Origin: Pedobacter schmidteae
GTDB lineage: Bacteria > Bacteroidota > Bacteroidia > Sphingobacteriales > Sphingobacteriaceae
Length of the DNA stretch: 64,000 bases
Assembly (NCBI GenBank): GCA_945901155.1
Contig: CAMDKO010000003.1
Location: forward strand, 848 to 64,847
Reading direction: 5' to 3'
In this document: positions 8,682 to 19,066 of the stretch, piece after piece
How the letters are laid out: each line of letters starts with the position of its first letter
Numbering within the stretch: the first letter of the stretch is position 1
Position numbers and translations under genes: made by a program
The notes under the pieces: generated by a model
The model's database searches: none
Told to the model about the DNA's origin: nothing
What the model saw: only the letters and a program-made list of their open reading frames with translations

Positions 8682-10070
8682 ATGAATTACGACATCATTA
8701 TTATCGGAAGTGGACCAGGCGGATACGTAGCCGCCATTCGTGCAGCACAATTAGGCTTAAAGGTTGCAATAGTTGAACGCGAATCTCTCGGTGGAATTTG
8801 TTTGAATTGGGGTTGTATTCCTACAAAAGCATTATTAAAAAGTGCTAATGTGTTTGAATATATTACTCATGCGGCAGATTATGGAATCAAAGTCCAGGGT
8901 TCGGAAGTTGATTTTGGTTCAATTATTAAAAGGAGCCGAGGAGTAGCCGATGGAATGAGCAAGGGCGTTCAGTTCCTGATGAAAAAGAATAAAATCGATG
9001 TCATCATGGGTACAGGAAAAATAAAAAAAAGTGGTAAAATTGACGTGATTGATCCTGATGGATCTTCAAAAGAATATACTGCCACGCATACCATTCTTGC
9101 TACAGGTGGACGATCAAGAGAATTACCGAATATAAAACAGGATGGCAAAAAAATTATTGGTTATCGACAGGCTATGGTATTAGCAAAACAGCCAAAATCT
9201 ATGGTTGTTGTAGGTTCAGGAGCTATAGGTGTTGAATTTGCATATTTCTACAATACCCTGGGAACTCAAGTTACCATTGTTGAATACCTTGATAATATTG
9301 TACCTGTAGAGGATGAAGATATTTCAAAACAATTACTAAGAAGCTTCAAAAAATCAGGAATAACAATTATGACCGGAACTAATGTAGAGTCTGTTGATAC
9401 CTCAGGTTCAGGTTGTAAAGTACAGGTAAAAACCGCCGTAGGAACTGAAATAATTGAATGCGATATTGTACTCTCTGCCGTCGGGTATAGTCCTAACCTT
9501 GAAAACTTAGGCCTAGAAGAAGTTGGAGTTCAGATGGATAAAGGTCGAGTTCAGGTTAATGATTTTTACAAAACAAATATAGAAGGCGTATATGCTATTG
9601 GTGATATTGTTAAAGGGCAGGCACTTGCTCATGTTGCTTCGGCAGAAGGAATTATTTGTGTTGAAAAAATAGCTGGCCATCATCCTGAACCATTAAACTA
9701 TAACAATATACCGGGTTGTACGTATTGCTCACCTGAGATTGCCTCAGTTGGTTATACCGAAAAAGCAGCAAAAGAAGCTGGATATGAGCTAAAAATTGGA
9801 AAATTTCCATTTTCAGCTTCGGGTAAAGCCAGTGCTGCCGGAGCAAAAGATGGTTTTGTTAAAGTTATCTTTGATGCTAAATACGGTGAATTACTTGGCG
9901 CTCACATGATTGGTACCAATGTTACCGAAATGATTGCCGAAGTTGTGGTTGCAAGAAAACTTGAAACTACAGGCATGGACATCGTTAAAACCGTACATCC
10001 ACACCCTACCATGAGCGAAGCAATTATGGAAGCTGCTGCTGATGCTTATGGAGAAGTGATTCACTTATAA
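8682..10070 (+). CDS. lpdA: Dihydrolipoyl dehydrogenase
   Basis: GSGPGGYVAAIRAAQLG, redox CLNWGC and HPHPTMSE motifs. Confidence 0.97.
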   Translation: MNYDIIIIGSGPGGYVAAIRAAQLGLKVAIVERESLGGICLNWGCIPTKALLKSANVFEYITHAADYGIKVQGSEVDFGSIIKRSRGVADGMSKGVQFLMKKNKIDVIMGTGKIKKSGKIDVIDPDGSSKEYTATHTILATGGRSRELPNIKQDGKKIIGYRQAMVLAKQPKSMVVVGSGAIGVEFAYFYNTLGTQVTIVEYLDNIVPVEDEDISKQLLRSFKKSGITIMTGTNVESVDTSGSGCKVQVKTAVGTEIIECDIVLSAVGYSPNLENLGLEEVGVQMDKGRVQVNDFYKTNIEGVYAIGDIVKGQALAHVASAEGIICVEKIAGHHPEPLNYNNIPGCTYCSPEIASVGYTEKAAKEAGYELKIGKFPFSASGKASAAGAKDGFVKVIFDAKYGELLGAHMIGTNVTEMIAEVVVARKLETTGMDIVKTVHPHPTMSEAIMEAAADAYGEVIHL

Positions 10071-10102
10071 ATTGAATTTTAGCATTGGCATTAGATTAAA
10101 AT

Positions 10103-10945
10103 ATGAAGTTATACACAATTGATACTGGATTTTTTAAGTTGGATGGTGGTGCTATGTTTGGTGTAGTTCCAAAATCTATCTGGCAAAAGACTAATCCGGC
10201 AGATGAATTTAATTTGTGTAGTTGGGCAATGAGATGTTTGCTAATACAAGATGGAGATCGCCTTATTCTTATCGATAACGGCATAGGTTATAAGCAGGAT
10301 GAGCGTTTTTTAAAACATTATTATTTACATGGCGATGATACTCTTGAAAAATCGCTTGAAAATCTTGAATTCTCTAAAGATGATATTACTGATGTTTTTT
10401 TAACTCATCTGCATTTTGATCATTGTGGCGGATCTATTGAAAGACAAGAAGATGGAGCTTTAGTTCCTGCCTTTAAAAATGCCACCTATTGGAGTAATAA
10501 AGAACACTGGCAATGGGCCGTTGAACCGAATGATCGTGAAAAAGCTTCATTCTTAAAGGAAAATATTTTACCTATTCAGGAAAGCGAAAAATTAAAATTT
10601 ATTGATACTTTGGATGGTGTATCCTTTACTGATAACATCCAGATTCGCTTTGCTTTTGGCCATACTGATTCAATGATGTTACCTCAGATCAGTTACAAAG
10701 GTAAAACCATTTTGTACATGGCCGATATGCTCCCATCCGTAGGGCATATTCCAATGCCTTATGTCATGTCCTATGATATGTTCCCGCTCAAAACATTGAA
10801 AGAAAAGAAGAAATTCCTTGAAGAGGCAGTTCAAAATGATTATATATTATTTTTTGAACACGATCCTGTGAATGAATGTTGCACGCTACAAGAAACTGAA
10901 AAAGGCATCCGTGTTAAGGATACCTTTAAATTAAGTGAGATCTGA
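10103..10945 (+). CDS. MBL-fold metallo-hydrolase (YtnP-like)
   Basis: FKLDGGAMFGVVPK, THLHFDHCGG, GHT and FEHD motifs. Confidence 0.92.
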   Translation: MKLYTIDTGFFKLDGGAMFGVVPKSIWQKTNPADEFNLCSWAMRCLLIQDGDRLILIDNGIGYKQDERFLKHYYLHGDDTLEKSLENLEFSKDDITDVFLTHLHFDHCGGSIERQEDGALVPAFKNATYWSNKEHWQWAVEPNDREKASFLKENILPIQESEKLKFIDTLDGVSFTDNIQIRFAFGHTDSMMLPQISYKGKTILYMADMLPSVGHIPMPYVMSYDMFPLKTLKEKKKFLEEAVQNDYILFFEHDPVNECCTLQETEKGIRVKDTFKLSEI

Positions 10946-10961
10946 ATTAGTGGAGTGTATT

Positions 10962-10991
10962 AAGAGCCATTCATTTCAATAAATGGCTTTT
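10962..10991. terminator. Terminator between convergent genes
   Basis: AAGAGCCATT...AATGGCTTTT. Confidence 0.6.
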
Positions 10992-11042
10992 AGTCTTTTA
11001 AATACTCACAATTATCTTTCATAATTATTGATAAAATCAGAT

Positions 11043-12029
11043 TTAAGGTATAATAACCTGCGGCTTAGTGCCAGTGATCTGATCTATTTCTTCCATTACT
11101 TCATTAGTAATTAATGGCACTACCTCTAAAGCAGTTAAATTTTCTTTCAATTGTGCTCCTTTAGAAGCACCCAATATCACAGTGCTGACATTAGGATTTC
11201 TTAGACACCATGCAATGGCCAATTTTGCTAATGAGGTATTTAACCTGTCAGCAAGATCTTTAAGTAATTTTACTTTACGGATATTATCTTCAATAAGGAG
11301 TCTATTTCTTAGCCATTCTATATTATCCATACTAAAACGTGCATCTTTTGGATCAGCTTCATTGTATTTACCTGAAAGTAAACCCGAAGCCAGCGGACTC
11401 CAGATGGTAGTTCCCATCCCAAAATCTCGGAATAATAATAAAAACTCCATTTCCATTTTATCACGCCAAAGCATATTATATTGTGGCTGCTCCATTACTG
11501 GATGAACTAAATGATTCTTTTCAGCAAAATAGTGAGCCTGCATAATCTCTAAAGCACTCCACTCTGAAGTACCCCAATAAAGGGCTTTCCCTGATTGAAC
11601 TAACTGATGCATAGCCCAAACGGTTTCTTCAATAGGTGTTTCTTTATCAGGACGATGACAATAGATTAGATCAACATAATCAAGTTGTAAGCGTTTCAAT
11701 GCATTGTGAGTTCCTTCAAAAAGATGCTTTTTAGATAGGCCAATCATATTCGGCTTTTTTTCTTCAGCACCAAAAAATATCTTGCTTGAAACAATATAAG
11801 AACTACGATCCCAATTTTTCTTTTTGAGGATCTTACCCATCACTATTTCTGATTTACCCCCAGCATAACCTTCAGCATTGTCAAAAAAATTAACACCACC
11901 TTCATATGCTATATCCATAAGTTCTTCAGCAACATGATCTTCGATCTGCTGACCAAAAGTTAACCAACTTCCAAGTGAGAGTGCACTAACTTTTAATCCA
12001 GATTTTCCTAAACGCCTGTATTCCATCAT
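11043..12029 (-). CDS. Aldo/keto reductase (Kv-beta-like)
   Basis: YRRLGKSGLKVS, FDNAEGY, DLIYCHRPD, YWGTSEW and WSPLASGLLSGKY motifs. Confidence 0.93.
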   Translation of the reverse strand: MMEYRRLGKSGLKVSALSLGSWLTFGQQIEDHVAEELMDIAYEGGVNFFDNAEGYAGGKSEIVMGKILKKKNWDRSSYIVSSKIFFGAEEKKPNMIGLSKKHLFEGTHNALKRLQLDYVDLIYCHRPDKETPIEETVWAMHQLVQSGKALYWGTSEWSALEIMQAHYFAEKNHLVHPVMEQPQYNMLWRDKMEMEFLLLFRDFGMGTTIWSPLASGLLSGKYNEADPKDARFSMDNIEWLRNRLLIEDNIRKVKLLKDLADRLNTSLAKLAIAWCLRNPNVSTVILGASKGAQLKENLTALEVVPLITNEVMEEIDQITGTKPQVIIP

Positions 12030-12194
12030 TTTATATTTAATTTATCAGTATTAATTTCCTATTCTAAATTAACATTTTACAAGCCAAAAAAAACATTTAT
12101 GATTTCATGAGCTAAAAAATTACATAGGTCTGTATTATTTTTTAAATTGGCACTTCAAAATGAAATTGAGATTCGCAATTGCGAAACAAAGAAA

Positions 12195-15100
12195 ATGCAG
12201 CTTACTCAACTCGAAATAAAAGGTTTTAAAAGCTTTGGCGATAAAATAACAATCAACTTCAATGAAGGTGTGACTGCTATTGTTGGACCAAATGGTTGCG
12301 GAAAGTCAAATGTTGTTGATGCAATTCGATGGGTTCTCGGAGAACAGAGCACACGTATGCTTCGTTCTGAAAAAATGGAAAATATTATTTTCAATGGAAC
12401 AAAAACACGTAAACCTTCAAACCTTGCAGAGGTATCTCTAACCTTTGACAACACAAAAAATATACTTCCAACAGATTTTACAAAGGTAACCATTACCCGA
12501 AAGCTCTATCGCTCTGGTGAAAGTGAGTACCGGTTAAATGATGTTCATTGTCGTTTGAAAGACATTACAGACCTTTTTCTGGATACTGGAATCGGATCAG
12601 ACTCCTACTCTATCATTGAACTTAAAATGATCGATGAGATTATTGCTAATAAAGACAATTCGAGACGTGCATTATTTGAAGAGGCATCTGGAATATCTAA
12701 ATACAAACTTCGAAAAAAACAAACATTTAGTAAGCTCAAGGATACAGAGGCAGATTTGAGCCGAGTTGAAGATTTACTTTTTGAAATTGACAAGAACCTT
12801 AAAACTCTTGAAAATCAAGCTAAAAAAGCTGAGCGCTATTTTAGATTAAAAGAGCAGTATAAAAGTCTTAGTATTATGTTGGCTTGCTTCCGAATAATTA
12901 GCTTTAGGGAAGCTCTTTCTAGACTTGAAGATAAGGAACAACAACAATCGCTAAGCAATACCGATATAAGCACCACAATAAGTAACCTTGAGGCAGTATT
13001 ACAGCAGCAAAAACTGGAAAATTTAAACCTAGAAAAAAATCTTTCAGTTCAACAAAAGGCAAGCAATGAATTTATTGCCAAGATTCGTAACTATGAGAGT
13101 GATAAGAAGTTAAAAAATGAACAATTAAGGTTTCTGGAAGATAAAAAAAACAGGCTCAATGATGAATTAGAAAAAGACAAAAATCAATTAAATCATGTTT
13201 TTTACAATCAGAAGCGATTGAATGAAGAACATCTTCAGGAGAGCGAAATTCTTGAAAAAATCAGAGATACAACAACTTCCCAGCATCTTGAGATTACTGA
13301 ACTTAGAACTAAACAACAAAAATCAAAGACTGATCTAGATCTATTCAGCAACGAAAATAACGTGCTACAGAATCAAGTATATAAACTTGAAAAAGATATT
13401 GCTATCCTTCATATTCAGAAAGATGCTCTTTATCAAGAAAGTAGCCGTAATATGGAGGATACCCGTTCAAAAGAAACAGAACTGAATGAGTTTAATAAAG
13501 TAATTGATGAGATTGGTGAAAAGCTGAAAAGTAAGCAAAAGGAATTCAATCAAAATAAAGAGCTGGAAGATGAGCTAAGCAGACAAATTCAGCGAAGCAC
13601 CGAACAATTAAAAGGACTTAATGAATCACTGAATCAGGAAAGCAGGAAACTCGACGCTAAGCAAAACGAATATAACCTCACTAAATCGATGGTTGATAAT
13701 CTGGAAGGTTTTCCTGAATCTATTCGTTTTCTGAAAAAAAATACAAGCTGGGCTAAGCAGGCTCCCCTATTTTCAGATATTTTATTTTGCCGAGAGGAAT
13801 ATAGGATAGCAATAGAGAACTTTCTTGAACCAGTAATGAACCATTATGTCGTTGAAACACAAACGGAAGCAATACAGGCTATTAGATTGTTAAATGATTC
13901 ATCAAGAGGACGTGCAAACTTTTTTATTTTGGATGCACTCAATAAAATATCTAAACGAAATTCAGATAAATTACCCAATCAAAACTTGATTTCAGCATTA
14001 GATATCATTGATACCGACTCCAAATACCGCCCGCTATGCGAAATACTTTTATACAATGTTTATCTCCTTCAATCAGGTGATGAACAAGAAATTAAGTCGG
14101 GATTGCCAGAAGAACAATATGTCATCCTAAGTAAATCAGGTATGTTCTCTAAAACTCGTTTTGGCATGTCAGGAGGCTCTATAGGATTATTTGAAGGTAA
14201 ACGAATAGGACGTGCCAAAAACCTTGAAAAGCTCAGCAAAGAGATTAGCAGCACAGAATCAAGCATCATAAAATTAAAAGATGCTCTTTCATTTGAAGAT
14301 GAAAAACTAAAGAATTTACAGGAATCATCTCAGAAAGAAAATTTACAAATACTACAATTAGAAATTAACAAACTAGAGAATGAGTTCACTTCGGTTAAAA
14401 CAAAGCAAGAACAATATCTAGCATTTATTGAAAACAGCCTGAACAGAAAGCAAGATATTGAGCTTAAAATTTCAAGTATCAGTAATGAATTATTAGCTTC
14501 TGAACCCCTATTGTTGGAATTGAAAAATAGTTTGGAAATTAAACAATCGCGCTTGCTTAATTATCAGCAAGAATATAATGAACTTTCTGATTCACTGAAC
14601 ACTAAATCGGGATTTTACAATCAGGAAAACATACGTTTTCATCAACAACAGAATAAAGTTTCAGGAATTGAAAAAGACCTTGAATACCGGGAAAGTCAAC
14701 AACGTTCTCTTGAAACAAGAATAGAATTAAATCAGTTAGAAATTGAAAAAACCGATTTAAGTATTAAGGAAGCCTTACTTTATGCTGATCATTCTGATGA
14801 AGACCTGATTGCGATGTATGCACAAAAAGAAGAGTTTGAAAATGCGTTAAAAGATTCAGAACAAGTCTATTATGCCTCTAGAGGAAAGATCACTGAGTTT
14901 GAAGAAAATATAAGTTTACTGCGACGTAATAAAGATCAATCAGACCTAATTAGTAATGATTTAAAAGATCAGAAAACCGCAATTAAAATGGAGTTAAATG
15001 CATTAAAAGAGCGTTTATCGATTGAATTTTCAATTGACATTTCAGATCTATTAGATGATGAAATTAGTTCAGAAAACGGATCAGAAAATGAGGCAGATCT

Positions 15101-15746
15101 GCGTGAAAAAACAGAACGGCTCAAAAGGCAACTGGATGAATTTGGAGCTATTAATCCTATGGCTATGGAAGCCTATCAAGAGATGAATGAACGTTACACT
15201 TTTATTCAAACCCAGAAAAAAGACCTTTCAGAAGCAAAAGCATCCTTATTGCAAACCATTAAAGAAATAGATGATACTGCAAAAGAGAAATTTATGGATG
15301 CTTTTATAAATGTTAGAAAACATTTCATAGAGGTTTTCCGGTCTCTATTTAATGATGAAGATAGTTGTGATCTGATATTAGCTGACCCTTCAAATCCATT
15401 AGAATCTGATATTGATATCATAGCAAAGCCAAAAGGGAAAAGACCACTTTCCATCAATCAATTATCAGGAGGTGAAAAGACTTTAACTGCTACTGCGATA
15501 CTATTCTCATTGTATTTATTGAAACCTGCCCCATTCTGTATATTTGATGAGGTAGATGCTCCTCTTGATGATACCAATATCGACAAGTTCAATAATATCA
15601 TTCGTGAGTTTTCAGACCGCTCACAATTTATTATAGTATCACATAATAAGAGAACAATTGCAAGTACAGACATTATTTATGGTGTCACAATGGCCGAACA
15701 AGGAGTATCAAGAGTTGTTGCAGTTGACATTCGCGAGGTCGCTTAA
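12195..15746 (+). CDS. smc: Chromosome segregation protein SMC
   Basis: GFKSF, Walker A GPNGCGKSN, long coiled coils with hinge, LSGGE signature, FDEVDAPLD. Start placed at ATG 12195 (MQLTQLEIKG). Confidence 0.96.
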   Translation: MQLTQLEIKGFKSFGDKITINFNEGVTAIVGPNGCGKSNVVDAIRWVLGEQSTRMLRSEKMENIIFNGTKTRKPSNLAEVSLTFDNTKNILPTDFTKVTITRKLYRSGESEYRLNDVHCRLKDITDLFLDTGIGSDSYSIIELKMIDEIIANKDNSRRALFEEASGISKYKLRKKQTFSKLKDTEADLSRVEDLLFEIDKNLKTLENQAKKAERYFRLKEQYKSLSIMLACFRIISFREALSRLEDKEQQQSLSNTDISTTISNLEAVLQQQKLENLNLEKNLSVQQKASNEFIAKIRNYESDKKLKNEQLRFLEDKKNRLNDELEKDKNQLNHVFYNQKRLNEEHLQESEILEKIRDTTTSQHLEITELRTKQQKSKTDLDLFSNENNVLQNQVYKLEKDIAILHIQKDALYQESSRNMEDTRSKETELNEFNKVIDEIGEKLKSKQKEFNQNKELEDELSRQIQRSTEQLKGLNESLNQESRKLDAKQNEYNLTKSMVDNLEGFPESIRFLKKNTSWAKQAPLFSDILFCREEYRIAIENFLEPVMNHYVVETQTEAIQAIRLLNDSSRGRANFFILDALNKISKRNSDKLPNQNLISALDIIDTDSKYRPLCEILLYNVYLLQSGDEQEIKSGLPEEQYVILSKSGMFSKTRFGMSGGSIGLFEGKRIGRAKNLEKLSKEISSTESSIIKLKDALSFEDEKLKNLQESSQKENLQILQLEINKLENEFTSVKTKQEQYLAFIENSLNRKQDIELKISSISNELLASEPLLLELKNSLEIKQSRLLNYQQEYNELSDSLNTKSGFYNQENIRFHQQQNKVSGIEKDLEYRESQQRSLETRIELNQLEIEKTDLSIKEALLYADHSDEDLIAMYAQKEEFENALKDSEQVYYASRGKITEFEENISLLRRNKDQSDLISNDLKDQKTAIKMELNALKERLSIEFSIDISDLLDDEISSENGSENEADLREKTERLKRQLDEFGAINPMAMEAYQEMNERYTFIQTQKKDLSEAKASLLQTIKEIDDTAKEKFMDAFINVRKHFIEVFRSLFNDEDSCDLILADPSNPLESDIDIIAKPKGKRPLSINQLSGGEKTLTATAILFSLYLLKPAPFCIFDEVDAPLDDTNIDKFNNIIREFSDRSQFIIVSHNKRTIASTDIIYGVTMAEQGVSRVVAVDIREVA

Positions 15747-15799
15747 TTTATAAACTGATCATCTCAAATTCATCATTAACTCTAATCTGATTAACCAAT

Positions 15800-16726
15800 T
15801 TGAAAAAACTAATACTAACCTTAGCATTACTTTCAGTTTTTTGTGCAAATGCACAGGATATAGACCGCTCTAGCTTACTGAAAGATATAGAAACTCTATC
15901 ATCAGATCTGTTTGCAGGTAGAAAAACTGGGACAGAAGGTAATAAGGCCGCTGCAGAATATGTCTCTGCAAGGTTTAAAGAGACAGGTTTAAAATCATTT
16001 CAGGATCATTACAGACATCCATTTAGTTTTAAAAACAGGAAGTCTGAGCTGATCAATGGTACCAATCTGATTGGATTTGTAAAGGGCAATACAGATGATG
16101 TTATTGTAATTTCAGCACATTATGATCATGTAGGAGTTAATAATTCTATGATATATAATGGAGCAGATGATAATGCCTCAGGAGTATCCGTTTTATTAGG
16201 AATTGCAGAATATTTCAAGGTTCACAAACCCCGTAATACCTTGTTGTTTATCGCCTTTGATGCTGAAGAAATGGGTCTTCAGGGAGCATATGCATTTTTA
16301 AAGGAACCTATAATACCCAGAAAATCTATTATAATGAATGTTAATATGGATATGGTTTCTCATAATGACAGGTCAGAGCTTTATGCTGTTGGAACTTATA
16401 AAACACCAATTTTAAAAGAGATACTTGAAGATGCAGATTATAATACGGGTATAAGTATTCTTTTGGGACATGATATTCCTGGTTCAGGCAAGGATGACTG
16501 GACCATGCAAAGCGATCAGGGTCCTTTTGCAAAAGAAAATATACCTTTTATTTATTTTGGAGTCGAAGATCATGAAGATTACCATAAGCCTACCGATAAA
16601 TTTGCAACTATCAATCAAAACTTCTTCCATTCAGCTTCTACGGCTATATTAAGGAGTATCATTAAGATTGATAAGGACTTAAATAAGATTAAGGCAAATT
16701 CCACAGATTCCTTAAAAACAAAATAG
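15800..16726 (+). CDS. M28 family metallopeptidase, secreted
   Basis: TTG start, signal peptide, SAHYDH, GADDNASG, DAEEMGLQG, SDQ and YHKPTD motifs. Confidence 0.92.
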   Translation: MKKLILTLALLSVFCANAQDIDRSSLLKDIETLSSDLFAGRKTGTEGNKAAAEYVSARFKETGLKSFQDHYRHPFSFKNRKSELINGTNLIGFVKGNTDDVIVISAHYDHVGVNNSMIYNGADDNASGVSVLLGIAEYFKVHKPRNTLLFIAFDAEEMGLQGAYAFLKEPIIPRKSIIMNVNMDMVSHNDRSELYAVGTYKTPILKEILEDADYNTGISILLGHDIPGSGKDDWTMQSDQGPFAKENIPFIYFGVEDHEDYHKPTDKFATINQNFFHSASTAILRSIIKIDKDLNKIKANSTDSLKTK

Positions 16727-16727
16727 C

Positions 16728-16735
16728 TATCTTTG
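16728..16735 (+). promoter_or_regulatory. -7 promoter element of rnpB
   Basis: TATCTTTG immediately before the RNase P RNA 5' stem. Confidence 0.75.
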
Positions 16736-16737
16736 AA

Positions 16738-17115
16738 AAGCAAGCTGTTCTATCGCCGTGATGCAAATCAAGGAGGAAAGTCCGGGCAACACAGAGCATT
16801 CTGCTTCCTAACAGGAAGGCTTCATGAAAATGGAGACGGAAAGTGCCACAGAAAATAAACTTCCCGCTTAGGTGGGTAAAGGTGAAAATGTGAGGTAAGA
16901 GCTCACAGTATTTTATGGCGACATAAGGTACGGTAAACCCCAGGAGTTGAAAGACCAAATAGGTTCCGGAAGCGAAGCTGCTCGTTTCCTTATGTCGCAG
17001 ATGCGACATTATCCGGAATGGGTAGGTCGTTAGACCATACAAGCAATTGTATGGCTAGATAAATGATAGAATTTCCGATTTATCGGGAAACAGAACCCGG
17101 CTTACAGGCTTGCTT
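16738..17115 (+). ncRNA. rnpB: RNase P RNA (bacterial type A)
   Basis: GAGGAAAGTCCGGG and ACAGAACCCGGCTTAC (P4 strands), GGAAAGTGCCACAGAAA, GGTAAACCCC, closing AAGCAAGC/GCTTGCTT stem and T-run. Confidence 0.97.
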
Positions 17116-17222
17116 TTTTATGAACTTAATCCCTTGAAAAGGAACCCGAAAATTTTACAGAACTTGAAAAATAAAACTAAACTGTAAAATAAGTATAGTT
17201 ATGTTTCAAAAACAAACATTTT

Positions 17223-17278
17223 AGCTTTCCGCTTTAAGCTTTATCCTTTCAGCTTTATCCTTTCAGCTTTAAGCTTTC
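17223..17278 (+). repeat. Heptamer array B: 8 units AGCTTTA/AGCTTTC/TCCTTTC/CGCTTTA
   Basis: Read directly; lies 7 nt beyond the pntB stop. Confidence 0.93.
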
Positions 17279-17285
17279 CCCTTAA

Positions 17286-18692
17286 TTAGAGTGTTTTAAT
17301 TTCTGCTACTAATTTTTGAAGTACTGATTTTGCATCTCCAAATAACATGGAAGATTTAGGTTGAAAAAAGAGCTCATTTTCAATACCAGCATAACCGGGA
17401 TTCATACTCCTTTTATTTATAATAACCAATTTAGAAAGCTCAACATCAAGAACCGGCATTCCATAAATTGGAGATCCCGGGTCTGTTTTGGCTGCAGGAT
17501 TAACAACATCGTTGGCTCCAAGAACCAAAACCACATCTGTTTGAGGAAATTCTTCATTAGCATGTTCCATTTCCAACAATCTGGCATAATCTACATCTGC
17601 TTCGGCAAGAAGTACATTCATATGACCAGGCATACGACCTGCAACCGGATGGATCGCATAATTTACTTCAACACCTTTGTCGGATAATAATTTTTCAAGT
17701 TCATGGCATACGTGCTGAGCCTGAGCAACTGCCAAACCATATCCCGGAACAATCATAACCTTTTTTGCATAGCTCATTACAACTGCTGAATCACTGATAC
17801 TTATCTCTTTATAGGCACCCTGATCTTTACTTACAGAACCTGCTGAAGAACCTCCAAATGAGCCAATTAAAACATTACTCAATGGTCGGTTCATTGCTTT
17901 ACACATCAGTATGGTTAAAATTGTACCAGCCGAACCTACTAAAATACCACCGGTAAGCATTACAGGATTATCATATAAAAATCCGCCAAAGGCTGCTGCA
18001 ACCCCTGTAAATGAATTTAATAATGAAATAACAACCGGCATGTCTGCACCACCTATAGGCAATACAAAGAACAATCCATAAATAATTGACAATGCAAAAA
18101 CTAAATAGAATAAGGACCCTGCTGCAGGATCACCTGATATGATTAGGTATGCTGAAAGACAGATAATCACAGCAAAAATAACAAGGTTCATAATATGCTG
18201 ACCATTGAATGCAAAATCCTTAATTCTTCCATTCAGTTTTGCCCAGGCCACCATACTACCAGCAAATGAAATTGTTCCAATAATCAAACCAGCAAAAATG
18301 ATTAAGAGTGTTCCACTGTTAACTGCTCCACCCAACTGAATTTGATGATTAAGATGATCGAATTCTACAATTGAAATTAACGCAGCGCAGGCACCACCCA
18401 TTCCGTTAAATAAACTAACCATTTCTGGCATAGCGGTCATCTTAACCTTTTTTGCTGCACGGGTACCCAAAACAGTACCAATAATCAATGCTGCGAAGAT
18501 CCAGATATAATTTCCGAGTTTTATACCTTCTTCTTGATATAGAAAAATAGTCCCCAAAATAGATATGGCCATTCCAGCTGCTGCGATAAGGTTTCCTTTT
18601 CTGGCACTTTCAGGATGACTCAACATCTTTAATCCGATAATAAAGGTTACAGATCCGATCAGGTAACAAATGATTAGTATATTTAATTCCAT
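17286..18692 (-). CDS. pntB: NAD(P)+ transhydrogenase beta subunit
   Basis: TAMPEMVSLFNGMGG, GGADMPVVISLLNS, HPVAGRMPGHMNVLLAEA and GANDVVNPAA motifs. Confidence 0.97.
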   Translation of the reverse strand: MELNILIICYLIGSVTFIIGLKMLSHPESARKGNLIAAAGMAISILGTIFLYQEEGIKLGNYIWIFAALIIGTVLGTRAAKKVKMTAMPEMVSLFNGMGGACAALISIVEFDHLNHQIQLGGAVNSGTLLIIFAGLIIGTISFAGSMVAWAKLNGRIKDFAFNGQHIMNLVIFAVIICLSAYLIISGDPAAGSLFYLVFALSIIYGLFFVLPIGGADMPVVISLLNSFTGVAAAFGGFLYDNPVMLTGGILVGSAGTILTILMCKAMNRPLSNVLIGSFGGSSAGSVSKDQGAYKEISISDSAVVMSYAKKVMIVPGYGLAVAQAQHVCHELEKLLSDKGVEVNYAIHPVAGRMPGHMNVLLAEADVDYARLLEMEHANEEFPQTDVVLVLGANDVVNPAAKTDPGSPIYGMPVLDVELSKLVIINKRSMNPGYAGIENELFFQPKSSMLFGDAKSVLQKLVAEIKTL

Positions 18693-18752
18693 TCTATTCT
18701 AAATTTCTAATTATAATATTATATATAGTAAATAGCTAAAAGCGCTAAATTT

Positions 18753-19061
18753 CTATTTCTTCTTTTTAAACATTTCTAGCATACGGTCTGTAACCACAAA
18801 TCCTCCAACCACATTCAAGGTACCTAAGATTACTGCTAGAAATCCAAGAGTAAGCGCTAGCAAATTATTGCTTTCAGCTTTTCCCATTACTATGATAGCC
18901 CCAATTATAACTACGCCATGAATAGCATTTGCACCACTCATCAAAGGAGTGTGCAGTACACTTGGCACGCGTCCTATAACTTCAATTCCAAGAAATACAC
19001 TCAGAATTACGATGTAAATCATTCCCTGATGCAGCGATAGCCAGCTAAACATTGTTTCCAT
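18753..19061 (-). CDS. pntA: NAD(P)+ transhydrogenase alpha subunit, membrane part (alpha2)
   Basis: VPSVLHTPLMSGANAIHG and GGFVVTDRML motifs. Confidence 0.95.
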   Translation of the reverse strand: METMFSWLSLHQGMIYIVILSVFLGIEVIGRVPSVLHTPLMSGANAIHGVVIIGAIIVMGKAESNNLLALTLGFLAVILGTLNVVGGFVVTDRMLEMFKKKK

Positions 19062-19066
19062 ATATA

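Noticed and set aside
9634-9650. TGCTTCGGCAGAA in lpdA (and a similar stretch in pntB) matching the glnA hairpin
   Set aside because: They encode conserved residues (HVASAEG, LAEAD) and lack the other stem arm.
12147-12194. Upstream start extensions for smc, kdsD (32149), etfB (38475), yeiH (53841), dnaB (35328) and queG (62238)
   Set aside because: They run through promoter motifs or divergent genes, and family-like N-termini begin at downstream codons.
12195-15746. smc without adjacent scpA/scpB as an unusual system
   Set aside because: These genes are commonly unlinked, and 64 kb cannot show absence.
16915-17000. 11-bp complementarity (GCGACATAAGG / CCTTATGTCGC) inside RNase P RNA as an alternative fold
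   Set aside because: Each strand already forms a local hairpin compatible with the type A structure, and there is no covariation evidence.
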